Assembly: GCF_001194135.2 (NCBI RefSeq)
Contig: NC_068997.1
Coordinates: 2,661,033 to 2,725,032 of the forward strand
DNA length: 64,000 bases
Direction: 5' to 3'
Source of the DNA: Octopus bimaculoides
Lineage: Eukaryota
In this document: one piece after another, positions 1 through 11,657 of the stretch
How the letters are laid out: every line of letters starts with the position of its first letter
Position numbering within the stretch: position 1 is the stretch's first letter
Notes under the pieces: model-generated
Seen by the model: only the letters and a program-made list of their open reading frames with translations
Database searches by the model: none
What the model was told of the DNA's origin: nothing
Translations under genes and position numbers: made by a program

Positions 1-1287
1 TTAAGGGACGGGTATGAAAAAATAGAGAATATGATTGAAACTCATTTACATAATGATTAAAAACATAATAAACATTCTTGAGTATATCCCATGAATAATT
101 AGTATTCTATATGTTTTCCTTTTGCTTTTATAACCGCTTTAATGCGTTTTTGCATATTCTTCATAACTGGTTGTGGCAATTTTCTGCCATTCAACGTGTG
201 ATGCTAACATTTTTTCCTATTTTTGCAGTGAATATCTTATTATTAACTTACCAGTGGTTAATCTTTATTGAAAATGTCTCCGAAGAAACAAATTTCTGAA
301 GCTCAAAGGGCTCAAATCATTGCTGTGTTCAGAGAAGGATTATCCCAAGTCAAAATTGCAAGAAAATTGAAATGCTCGAGAAACGGTGTCCTAACAACCA
401 TCAAAAGGTACAATGAGACCAATTCTTTCGAAAACCGTGCCGGTCAAGGTCGCAAAAAAGTGTACAAGCCCGAGGGAAAACAAGTTATTGAAGAGGACAA
501 ATCTGGCCGTTAGGAAAAAAAAAAAAAAACCTCTTCTGACGTAGCCGCTGAGTTTCAGAGAACAACAAAGAGATATCAAGTTGTAGAGGGAGAAGAAGGT
601 TATCAGAAGCTGGACTCAAATGATGTAAGGCTAGAAAGAAACCGTGACTGTCTGAGGTGAACAAGAAGAAGCGAGTGTCTTAGGCAAAAGAGCATGAAAA
701 TTGGACTGATGATGATTGAGCTAAAATTGTTTGGTCCGATGAAAGCTACTTTGAGGTAGGTTCTCCATATTATTTTCCACCAATTTATTAGGCATAATAA
801 AATTATTTATGCTTGTACACATTTTTATTGGATACCAAACATGGTTAATAAAATTTGCATTTCTTCTCAAATCTTTTGAATCCCTGGAGCTGTCTGTATT
901 CCTCGAAGAGTTGGGGAAGCTTATGATCCTAGATGTGTTGTCCCAACAATCAAATTTGGTAGTGGTAGCATAATAGTCTGGGGTTGCATGTTATCCTCAG
1001 GCCCAGGAATGTTGTTCACGTTTGAGGGTAGAATGAATTCCAGCACTTACACCAGCATGTTTATCAGTCTTCCTTAGGTAAAATTCTCAATAACATACCA
1101 GTAGGTGTAATCTCAAGCGTTCCCAAACGCATAAAAGCGGTTATGAAAGCAAAAGGAAGACACATCAAATGTTAATTATTGATAGAATGTACTCAAAATA
1201 TTTATTACTGTTATCTTGATTGTGAAATAAATGAGTTTCAATCATATTCTCTATTTTTTCATACCTGCCCCATAATTTTGACCAAAG

Positions 1288-1290
<3 letters not shown>
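1..1290 (+). mobile_element. Tc1-like DNA transposon, decayed; left TIR clipped by window start
   Basis: Bases 1-48 (..ggtatgaaaaaatagagaatatgattgaaactcattta) match the reverse complement of ~1220-1275; right end ..caaagctg at 1290 is followed by TA and a (TA)n run; transposase remnants inside. Confidence 0.9.
274..1175 (+). pseudogene. Tc1-type transposase pseudogene (frameshifts, stops, probable intron, internal deletion)
   Basis: HTH N-terminus MSPKKQISEAQRAQII.., WSDESYFE (first D), RRVGEAYDPRCVVPTIKFGSGSIIVWGCM, C-terminus SVPKRIKAVMKAKGRHIKC*. The second D and the E region are missing (junction ~1075). Confidence 0.85.
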
Positions 1291-1320
<30 letters not shown>

Positions 1321-1323
<3 letters not shown>

Positions 1324-1365
1324 GAGTGGCTGTGTGGTAAGTAGCTTACTTACCAACCACATGGT
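1321..1365 (+). mobile_element. SINE family A, 5' head running into an N-gap
   Basis: caggagtggctgtgtggtaag..ccacatggtt; A-box-like TGGCTGTGTGG; matches the reverse complement of the head at 46830-46869. Confidence 0.75.
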
Positions 1366-1856
1366 TNNNNNNNNNNNNNNNNNNNNNNNNNNNNNNNNNN
1401 NNNNNNNNNNNNNNNNNNNNNNNNNNNNNNNNNNNNNNNNNNNNNNNNNNNNNNNNNNNNNNNNNNNNNNNNNNNNNNNNNNNNNNNNNNNNNNNNNNNN
1501 NNNNNNNNNNNNNNNNNNNNNNNNNNNNNNNNNNNNNNNNNNNNNNNNNNNNNNNNNNNNNNNNNNNNNNNNNNNNNNNNNNNNNNNNNNNNNNNNNNNN
1601 NNNNNNNNNNNNNNNNNNNNNNNNNNNNNNNNNNNNNNNNNNNNNNNNNNNNNNNNNNNNNNNNNNNNNNNNNNNNNNNNNNNNNNNNNNNNNNNNNNNN
1701 NNNNNNNNNNNNNNNNNNNNNNNNNNNNNNNNNNNNNNNNNNNNNNNNNNNNNNNNNNNNNNNNNNNNNNNNNNNNNNNNNNNNNNNNNNNNNNNNNNNN
1801 NNNNNNNNNNNNNNNNNNNNNNNNNNNNNNNNNNNNNNNNNNNNNNNNNNNNNNNN

Positions 1857-1898
<42 letters not shown>

Positions 1899-2844
1899 AT
1901 CAGAAAATGGAGAAAACTTCAAATCAACAAACAAAAGAGTGGCAAATGTAGGGAAAAGAGTGATCTAGCAGTGGTCTTGGGAAAACATTTTCTGGGTTAT
2001 TTCCATATAAAGTGGGAACCAAGACGTTTTAAAAGTTGTGAAAAGAAGTTTTCAAACCAATAATACAAGAAAATTATTAACATGTTTATAAAGGGGCAGT
2101 ACCTATGTTAAAGTAGATCTTGCTAACTGATATTTATCCAAAACAATACTGTAGATTTCTTATGATAGTGAACTTACAGAAATATTACAGAGAACACCTC
2201 CTGTTGTCCGCAATGGGATAGACCGAAGTCCATCCATCTCTACAATTGGTCAATTATATTTGAACCAAGGGCAAAAGTTAAAACCGTTTCAATAGATGAT
2301 GAATATTACTTTCGCAGTTGGCACTGACTGGCATCGGAAGCGGAAACGGCCGTAAGAATCATTATGTCACATAAATGTTATGTCATGTTTTGTATATTAA
2401 ATAATAAGCTACAGATATGGTCCGATGGATTTGTGCATTGATCTGAAGTTTTCTCCATTTTCCGATTATTTATATTTGATTCCTGATAAACTTTTGTTTA
2501 TTCTGTTGTTACTTGTACTCTAAGAGCATAGTTTGCCTGCATACCCATGCCCAGAGATAACACGGGTAACTGATTCCGATAGTATATATGGATATTTTAT
2601 CCCTTAGTTGGTTATCATAACTGCTAATTCTGCTTATATATATACTCGATCGGCATTTTTCGGACGATTATGGTCCTTGTTGGTGTATATGTTTCCATTC
2701 ATGTGCGTTAACTACAGCATTAGAGCAGTTTAGCTCTTATTTCTGGTAATGTAGGTGTCTCCTAACACCCCAGTCACCTTTAATGTCATTTATAATTCTT
2801 CTTTTCAGTGAAACATTGCAAACTGGAGTTTATATTAATTTTAT

Positions 2845-2915
<71 letters not shown>

Positions 2916-3009
2916 TGTGTGTGTGCGTGTGTGTGTGTGTGTGTACATATACATACATACGTTGTGTATCTGTGTATGTATTTATGTGTGTATCAATTTT
3001 TGTATTTAT

Positions 3010-3195
3010 GCTTGTGCTCCACTACAGCCTGTTTTGTTGATGTTCCCGTAACTTAGCGGTTCGGCACAAGAGACAGATAGAGTAAGTACCAGGCTTAAAG
3101 AAATAAGTACTGGCGTCAATTTGTTCAAGTAAAACCCTTCAGGATGGTGCCTCAGCATAGCTATAGTCTAAATACTGAAACAAATAAAAAAAAAT
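3010..3195 (+). mobile_element. SINE family A, 3' half
   Basis: cccgtaacttagcggttcggc..aagtaccaggctta..actgaaacaaataaaa; aligns by eye to the copies at 26491, 29550 and 46476. Confidence 0.8.
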
Positions 3196-4218
3196 TTTAA
3201 AAATGTATAAAAGATTACAAAAGTATATAAAGTAATGATATAAATATTTATATTCAGACAATTAAATCTATGCTTACGTCCAACTGCACATTCATCAGCG
3301 AGGGAAAAGATGCAGTCGGCAGGCAAATGTATTTCGTGCTGTAGGTAATCTCGATCCCACCAGACTCACCTTAACTGCTTAATGATGGAATAGTACGATA
3401 ACACTGGAATTGAACTGACTTTGTTTTGGATTAAATTGTTGTGTCGCAGCCGCGAGCGTAATTCACATATTAATTGTGTTTGTGAATGTCCCTCTCCGAA
3501 AATGTCAGGAGTGGAAAGGGAAATTATGTCCAAACTGGAGACCTGCTCTGCATGACTCTGAATGTATACATGACAACAATGTTTCTCTTGGAAGGTGGAC
3601 AAAACGGAGCAACGAACAAAGCGGTAAAAGACCACGTGTTCCTAGAGTTTCTGTTTACCAAGTTTCATTCGAAAAGTCTTTGATCGACCCGAAGCAATGG
3701 TAGAACACATTTGCCATACGTGCCGAGCAGTAGGATGCTTCGAACGATATTATGTAGATGTGTATGTGTGTGCGTGTGTGTGTGTATGTGTGTGTGTGTG
3801 TGTGTGTGTATAGCTATATGTTCATAATTGCATAAATATATATATACAGATAAATATACATACATNNNNNNNNNNNNNNNNNNNNNNNNNNNNNNNNNNN
3901 NNNNNNNNNNNNNNNNNNNNNNNNNNNNNNNNNNNNNNNNNNNNNNNNNNNNNNNNNNNNNNNNNNNNNNNNNNNNNNNNNNNNNNNNNNNNNNNNNNNN
4001 NNNNNNNNNNNNNNNNNNNNNNNNNNNNNNNNNNNNNNNNNNNNNNNNNNNNNNNNNNNNNNNNNNNNNNNNNNNNNNNNNNNNNNNNNNNNNNNNNNNN
4101 NNNNNNNNNNNNNNNNNNNNNNNNNNNNNNNNNNNNNNNNATATACCTATACAAATATACATAATGTACACACAGACTCACAAGAAACTGATACAATCGC
4201 ACACATATACACAATAAT

Positions 4219-4260
<42 letters not shown>

Positions 4261-4446
4261 AGGGACACTTGCGTAGATAAACGCACATGCACGTAAATGT
4301 GCGCACACATGCTGTTACCGTTGATAAGTAGTGACCAATAACAAAATTGAAGGAAGATTTTAATTCAAATTTTCGAGACCAATGCATCGTATGGAGAAGC
4401 TACCATTCGCACACACAAACTCATACACGCACCCTTCTAAGACATA

Positions 4447-4643
4447 GAATTGTTAGCACGCTGGATAGAGTGGTTTAGCAGTATTTCTTCTGGCTATACA
4501 CGCTGAGTTACATTCACCCTGATGTCAACTTTGCCTTTCATCTTTTTGAGGTCGACGAAGTAAGTACCAGCTGAGCACTCGAGTCGACGAAATTGATTAA
4601 CTCCCTTGTCATAAACTTCTGGCTTTGTGCCCACATTAGAAAT
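4447..4643 (+). mobile_element. SINE family B (tRNA-derived head, MetaSINE-like core), diverged
   Basis: Core gtcaactttgcctttcatc..gaggtcgac..aagtaccag shared with the other B copies. Confidence 0.75.
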
Positions 4644-4782
4644 ATATGTGTCTACGTGTGTGCATGTGTGTGTGTGTATATGTGTGCGTGCTCGAGTATA
4701 CGCGTGCGTGTGTGTGTGTGCGTTTGTGTTTGTGTGCGCGCGCGCGCGCGTGTGTGTTTGTATGAATGTATGTGTATATATA

Positions 4783-6018
4783 CAGGGTGTCCCAGAAAGA
4801 TTTACCCATTAATGTCTCTTAATTATTCAAAATAAACTTAAGGTAGGATAATGGAATTTGACAGACACGTTCTAATCTAAATTGTCAATCTATTGCAGTA
4901 ATTATATTTCAAAATGACCACCTTCCGCCTTGATTATAGCCTGCAAACATGTGGTCACTGCGTTGCATGAGCTTCGTACTATCTCTTCATCAAACTTGAC
5001 TCATGACGTCAGAAGGACTTTCTTCAGATCTGACACATTTGAATAAGAGTGAGCAGAAACATTACTCTCTAAGACAGACCAGATGCCAAAGTCCATTCGA
5101 TCAATGTACGGACTTAAGGGAGACCATATCCTCTTGTCCCAAAAGTCACTGAAATGCTCTTTGCACTACCTCTGTGTCAAATTGGATGTCTGGGCCGGAG
5201 TGAGGATGTAGCAGTCAGCAAAGGTTTCTGTGACCCAGAGTAACGCTTTCTCATCCAAGATTTCCACATAAACATCACTGTTGACTTTGACGCCAGCGTC
5301 GATGAAGATCAAGGGAGACTTAGACACATCAGATGCAACTGCGGCCCACACCGTGAGTGAAGCTGGCTTCTGGCAGCGTAAATGATTCCTACTACCTTCA
5401 GGCATAAAACTGGTCATTCTGTTTGTTGGTATCTGATTCCACGGTCAAGGTCTTCTCATCAGACCATATCAACACTTTGTTAGCAGTATGCTTCATCTCA
5501 TCTGACAGTGTTTTACCCCTGTAGAGCCGTTTCTTCTTGAAAGCTGCTGAAATTAATTGCCAGCATTGGTTCTTACATGCTGTTAGTTTTAAATCTTCTT
5601 GCGTTGACGATTTCGAAATATCAAGAATTTCTTGCACCCCTGCTGGGAGTACAATTCGTTCGCCTCTTCACAGCTTCAACAACTTATTTGGTACGAACTG
5701 ATTGTTTCCTACCAGTAATTGGCTAGCTAAAGTTAGTAGCGAACTCTATATATCGTTTCCAGGTATTGAACATTGTCTTACGGCACACGTTCAACTGTCT
5801 TGATGCTCACTCCAGCTGTTTTCAAAGCGACAATCTAGTCACGCTTTGCTTTCGATGCCATGTTTGTTTACAGACCTGTTATAGACGAACGAAGCAATAG
5901 ACACATGAACAAAAGACATACGCAGATTTTTATGTAAAATGTAGATAATATAATATTACGTGAACCGATATTCTTCAGGAAGAGTTTAAACATGGCTAAA
6001 TCTTTCTGGGGTACCCTG
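4783..6018 (-). mobile_element. maT/DD37D-like (Tc1/mariner superfamily) transposon with both TIRs, decayed
   Basis: TIRs cagggtgtcccagaaagattta (4783) and taaatctttctggggtaccctg (ends 6018); TA on the left; ~1.24 kb. Confidence 0.9.
4902..5861 (-). pseudogene. DD37D-like transposase pseudogene
   Basis: MASKAKRD.., VLIWSDEKTLTVESDTNKQND, PASLTVWAAVASD..SPLIFIDAGVKVNSDVY, MDFGIWSVLE, C-terminus AIIKAEGGHFEI*. The QDGA motif (second D) is missing at YILTP-AQTSN. Confidence 0.85.
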
Positions 6019-6589
6019 TGTATACACACAGGTTTGGAGAGCAACAAGATCCATTATTGTAATAAATGAATAACGATTGTGGGGCAAATCAGATGCATCC
6101 GATAAGTTAAGCGTGGTGACTTCAAATGGCGGTGAGTGCTAGGAATTTATCCTAAGGACTGGCTCCCCTCTTCAAGGAAACTAAATTCTTCAAACGTTAA
6201 CATTTATCGATATTCTACAATACCATTCTCACATCTAGGACGGTGCTGCTACTGCTACTGCAGCAGCTGTTGCTACTGTCGCTGCTGTTGCTAACGCTTC
6301 TAGTATTGTTGCTGTTGCTGCACACTTAGATGTCTTAGACCGGGATATAGCCTCCCAACTGATTGACATACAGTCATTCACGGACGCAATCTAGCCTCTA
6401 GCTCAGTCCTACTGTGTCCTCTCTGCCTTTCCTATCACTACTGGATTTTGCTCCTTGGAGATAGATGGACTCATATCACCTTCCCAGAGGCACTTCCGAC
6501 TCACTTGTCGCTTCTGTCCTTACCCATGATGTCTCCAACCCCCCACCACCACAAGCCTTGACATACAAAGGCTCAACATGGATATCGAC

Positions 6590-6800
6590 TTCAAACTCTG
6601 ACACAAGGGCAGAAATTTCGGGAAAGGGTATAAATCGATTACATCGACCCCAATGTTCGACTAGTTTTTATCTTATCAACCCCGAAAGGATGAAAAGCAA
6701 AGCCGACCTGGACGGAATTTGAACTCAGAATTAGAAGACGGACGAAATGCAGCTAAGCATTTCGCCCGGCATGTTAACGATTCTGCCAGCTCGCCGTCTT
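6590..6800 (-). mobile_element. SINE family B, full length, type-2 tail
   Basis: Reverse complement reads ggcgagctggcagaatcgtt..ctgagttcaaattccgtcc..gctttgcttttcatcctttcgggg; B-box GAGTTCAAATTCC. Confidence 0.85.
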
Positions 6801-7449
6801 GCTCAAGATGAATACTAATTTTATCAATCTCACAGGTGTAACGGACCCTACGAATGCCATGACCCCCGTCCCTTCCTTCAAGCCCTAGCCCAGCAAATTT
6901 AAAAACAAAAATAATCCTTTCTTTAGACTTACTGGGAACCCGATTTAGAATACCATATTTCGGAACGAAATAAATACCATTTGAATATTATGGTTGTGGG
7001 AATCCAGTTCCACCCATTACGCACCCTCTAGATCTTGTGATCTTATGCTTTTGTAGGAATTAATATTCTTTGGAAACAAATATAATAATAAAATACCATT
7101 TATTCTCTCCTCTACAGAAACAGTCCGACATGTGTATATTATAAATAGTTTTACATCGATATGACTCAGCTATAATATAATATAATATAAATAATATTAC
7201 GTTAATATACCTCAGTTATAATATAAATGATATCTCGTTGATATAACTTAGCAGATATCGTGAAACTTATATCTTTTTATTAATCTCATATATCTGTGAT
7301 ATTTCTGTTTCGCCTTCAACAGTTGTCATACTGATATTACATTATCTGAAATATCTCACATCGTACAATAACTAAGAAATATTGTCGTTGTTGTTTTTGC
7401 TGTTGTTATTCATAATAATATTAATGATAAAGATAGGGATAATGTCGAA

Positions 7450-7521
<72 letters not shown>

Positions 7522-7617
7522 TTGTTGTCTCTTGGGGTCTCTGGGTGAGACTTGGATCCAACTTGTACAAATGCAAAACAAAAGTCAAACATAAAATAAT
7601 AATAATAATAATAATTG
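7450..7617 (+). repeat. (AAT)n microsatellite interrupted by a 73-bp unique insert (7521-7593)
   Basis: Directly visible. Confidence 0.9.
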
Positions 7618-7744
7618 AAAGCGGTAGAGATATACAATTAGAAAACTATAATATTACCGAAATATCTTAAGTTCAGAATCAAGGAAAATTGACGCATATA
7701 ACTACAAAACATGAACCAAATATATATATATATATATATATAAA

Positions 7745-8052
7745 AACTGTTCTCTGTCTTCGAGGAAACCGAAAAATACAAAGCAGAGGTTATAAGAACT
7801 GATGGCTCTAAAGGAAAAGGAGAAACAACAAAAACTGCAAAGCAGCTATAAATGTTAGGTAAAACTGGAACTATAAAATGCCATGATAAAACGATGGTAA
7901 GAAAAGTCCTTGCATGGCAGATACTTGAATAAGGAGAAATAGACAAAGTAACATTCCAACGCTAGTTGAGAAGAGCAGGACTCAATGCGGTGACTGAAGG
8001 GTTCTTATTTGCGGCACAAGATTAAAACCTTCTTCACCAGAGACCACCAAAA
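7745..8052 (+). mobile_element. R4/Dong-like RLE non-LTR retrotransposon fragment (post-RT linker)
   Basis: Interrupted translation ..KVLAW/HGRYLNKEK..LRRAGLNAVTEGFLFAAQD resembles the conserved WL..GLK.ETEG.I.AAQDQ block of this clade. Confidence 0.7.
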
Positions 8053-8060
8053 ATAATAAT

Positions 8061-8208
8061 GGTTTCGATTTTTGGCACAAGGCCAGCATGTTCAGGAGAT
8101 GGAGTAAGTCGATTATATCAGCCCCAGTGCTCAACTGGTACTTGATTTATCGACCCCGAAAGGATGAAGAACAAAGTCGACCTCGGCGGAATTTGAACTC
8201 AGACGTAT
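8061..8208 (-). mobile_element. SINE family B, head truncated, type-3 tail
   Basis: Core ggtacttgatttatcgaccccgaaaggatg..gtcgacctcggcggaatttgaactcag; tail ggtttcga..ggcacaaggccagc preceded by aataataat. Confidence 0.85.
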
Positions 8209-8212
8209 AGAC

Positions 8213-8340
8213 CAGTGTTTCTCAACACTTTTTTGCCTATTAACCCCTTTGATTCGTGTTTTACACGAATATATGTACCCTCCTAACCATTCGATGTTTA
8301 AAAGATTATAATACATTCTTATGATTGAATATTATTAGGA
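8213..8340. mobile_element. hAT-type MITE, one-end fragment
   Basis: Starts cagtgtttctcaac; aligns by eye to the reverse complement of 20600-20723. Confidence 0.65.
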
Positions 8341-8473
8341 AAAGATCCTTCTTAATTGACATTTCAGTCTAGACGGTTTAGTTTTATCGAACCCGGAAGG
8401 ATAAGCCGAAAAGTTGACGTCAACCGGATTTGAACTCAGAACGTATATAAATGACGCAATATATATTTTTCAC

Positions 8474-8695
8474 AAGGTAGCGAGCTGGCAGAAACGTTAC
8501 CACGCTGGGTAAAATGCTTAGCGGTATTTCGTCTGCTGTTACGTTCTGAGTTCAATTCCTCCCGAAGTCGACTTTGCCATTTATTCTTTCGGAGTCAATA
8601 AATTGAGTACCAGTTACACACTGGGGTAGATGCAATCGACTTAATCCCTTTGTCTGTCCTTGTTTGTCCCTTCTATGTTTAGCCCCTTGTAAGGC
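8474..8695 (+). mobile_element. SINE family B, full length, type-1 tail
   Basis: aaggtagcgagctggcagaaacgtt..ttctgagttcaattcc..gtcgactttgcc..atccctttgtctgtccttgtttgtcc..agccccttgt. Confidence 0.9.
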
Positions 8696-8703
8696 TAAAC
8701 ATA

Positions 8704-8846
8704 GAATTCCGCCGAGGTCGACTTTGCCTTTCAACTTTTCGAGGTTGATGAATAAAGTACCAGTTGCGTACTGGGATCGATTTAATCGATTGCCCCCCCC
8801 ACCTTCCTCCAAATTTCGGGCCTCGTGCCTAGAGCAGAAAAGAATA
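8704..8846 (+). mobile_element. SINE family B, 5'-truncated at the B box, type-2 tail
   Basis: gaattccgccgaggtcgactttgcctttca..ccaaatttcgggcctcgtgcctagagcagaaaagaat. Confidence 0.85.
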
Positions 8847-9622
8847 TATATTTTTCTCTACTTATTCTGCCTTCCAGATATTCTTACGAAATATTCCTCC
8901 ACTGTTAAAACTCAAAATTTTAGAAGGTAAAATTNNNNNNNNNNNNNNNNNNNNNNNNNNNNNNNNNNNNNNNNNNNNNNNNNNNNNNNNNNNNNNNNNN
9001 NNNNNNNNNNNNNNNNNNNNNNNNNNNNNNNNNNNNNNNNNNNNNNNNNNNNNNNNNNNNNNNNNNNNNNNNNNNNNNNNNNNNNNNNNNNNNNNNNNNN
9101 NNNNNNNNNNNNNNNNNNNNNNNNNNNNNNNNNNNNNNNNNNNNNNNNNNNNNNNNNNNNNNNNNNNNNNNNNNNNNNNNNNNNNNNNNNNNNNNNNNNN
9201 NNNNNNNNNNNNNNNNNNNNNNNNNNNNNNNNNNNNNNNNNNNNNNNNNNNNNNNNNNNNNNNNNNNNNNNNNNNNNNNNNNNNNNNNNNNNNNNNNNNN
9301 NNNNNNNNNNNNNNNNNNNNNNNNNNNNNNNNNNNNNNNNNNNNNNNNNNNNNNNNNNNNNNNNNNNNNNNNNNNNNNNNNNNNNNNNNNNNNNNNNNNN
9401 NNNNNNNNNNNNNNNNNNNNNNNNNNNNNNNNNNNNNNNNNNNNNNNNNNNNNNNNNNNNNNNNNNNNNNNNNNNNNNNNNNNNNNNNNNNNNNNNNNNN
9501 NNNNNNNNNNNNNNNNNNNNNNNNNNNNNNNNNNNNNNNNNNNNNNNNNNNNNNNNNNNNNNNNNNNNNNNNNNNNNNNNNNNNNNNNNNNNNNNNNNNN
9601 NNNNNNNNNNNNNNNNNNNNNN

Positions 9623-9679
<57 letters not shown>

Positions 9680-9939
9680 ATGTGTGTGAGTGTGTGTATG
9701 TATGTATGTATGTATTTATCTCTCTCTCTGTATATATATAAATATATGCATGCATAAATACATATACATATATATGTGTGTATCTGTATATGCGTGTGTG
9801 TGTGTATATATATCTATGTATGTATGCATATGTGAGTAAAAAGAGAGAGGGGGGAGCGAGGAAAGAGAGAGGAGGGAGGAAAGAGAGAGGAGGGAGGAGA
9901 GAGAAGAGAGAAATAGGCGGGAGAGGGAGAGTTAGTTAC

Positions 9940-10200
9940 AGCTGCCATTTCCCGATTCTGTAATTTTTGATGTTGGAATGTTTCTTGGATCAGACGTGTA
10001 AGCGAAGGATCTTTGATCAGTTATGAGAGCGAAGTTCCTATTATCCAAGTAGAATATTAAAGCCGATACAGAATGATTTAATGCAACAAACCTACAGTTT
10101 TGTGATACCCCAGTTTCCAATACAAATTCCATGTTTTCATTGACATACAACAGAGCTGCGTTTTCAATTTGCAGTTTCAAATCTCCAAAATTGTTCTGTA
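9940..10200 (-). mobile_element. Ty3/Gypsy pol fragment (RNase H region), decayed
   Basis: LKLQIENAALLYVNENMEFVLETGVS and YLDNRNFALITDQRSFAY resemble the RT-RNaseH junction (PFVVETDAS) and the YL.GR.F.L.TDQ.S motif. Confidence 0.7.
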
Positions 10201-10616
10201 ATGTTTGCGATAAATGAAATGTCTTTGAAAGAAGGCAGGGCAGTTGGAAATGTTATCAGAAATTCTATACACCTTGACTTATGCATTTAATATATTATAT
10301 GCTTCGTAGAATAGAATAAGGTTGAGTCGATGTGACAAAATATAACGAGTAATCAGTTGTTACTCGAGCAGCCTAAGTTTCGACTTTATTATTAGTGGTG
10401 TCCACGATTCATTTTTGGAGACATTGCAGCCGGGAACATATATTTCTTGAACATCTGTATTCATTTATGCAGAATCTACTATATCTCAGCAGTTAGAGAG
10501 GTAAATAAATTATTCATTAAAAGGAAATCACCCACCAATAAATTCTAAAGTATGATCTGCAGCGGGTAACAGCTGACAAAGTATGTATATACAAACTTTG
10601 AAATAAATAACATATG

Positions 10617-10664
<48 letters not shown>

Positions 10665-11657
10665 NNNNNNNNNNNNNNNNNNNNNNNNNNNNNNNNNNNN
10701 NNNNNNNNNNNNNNNNNNNNNNNNNNNNNNNNNNNNNNNNNNNNNNNNNNNNNNNNNNNNNNNNNNNNNNNNNNNNNNNNNNNNNNNNNNNNNNNNNNNN
10801 NNNNNNNNNNNNNNNNNNNNNNNNNNNNNNNNNNNNNNNNNNNNNNNNNNNNNNNNNNNNNNNNNNNNNNNNNNNNNNNNNNNNNNNNNNNNNNNNNNNN
10901 NNNNNNNNNNNNNNNNNNNNNNNNNNNNNNNNNNNNNNNNNNNNNNNNNNNNNNNNNNNNNNNNNNNNNNNNNNNNNNNNNNNNNNNNNNNNNNNNNNNN
11001 NNNNNNNNNNNNNNNNNNNNNNNNNNNNNNNNNNNNNNNNNNNNNNNNNNNNNNNNNNNNNNNNNNNNNNNNNNNNNNNNNNNNNNNNNNNNNNNNNNNN
11101 NNNNNNNNNNNNNNNNNNNNNNNNNNNNNNNNNNNNNNNNNNNNNNNNNNNNNNNNNNNNNNNNNNNNNNNNNNNNNNNNNNNNNNNNNNNNNNNNNNNN
11201 NNNNNNNNNNNNNNNNNNNNNNNNNNNNNNNNNNNNNNNNNNNNNNNNNNNNNNNNNNNNNNNNNNNNNNNNNNNNNNNNNNNNNNNNNNNNNNNNNNNN
11301 NNNNNNNNNNNNNNNNNNNNNNNNNNNNNNNNNNNNNNNNNNNNNNNNNNNNNNNNNNNNNNNNNNNNNNNNNNNNNNNNNNNNNNNNNNNNNNNNNNNN
11401 NNNNNNNNNNNNNNNNNNNNNNNNNNNNNNNNNNNNNNNNNNNNNNNNNNNNNNNNNNNNNNNNNNNNNNNNNNNNTAGACATGTTATAAAATGCTGTCT
11501 GAGTTGTTTTGATCGCACGAAATTTAATGGCTCATAAAAAATATATACTGTGTTTATTGAATAATATTTATCTCTCACCGCATTGAGTACTTTTTGCTGA
11601 ACAGAACACTATATATATATATGTATATATATATGTATATATATATATATATATATA

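Noticed and set aside
1334-1951. Long ORFs spanning N-runs (here and at 9, 11, 30, 36, 40, 42, 49, 55, 57 and 62 kb)
   Set aside because: N codons cannot be stops, so their length is an artefact.
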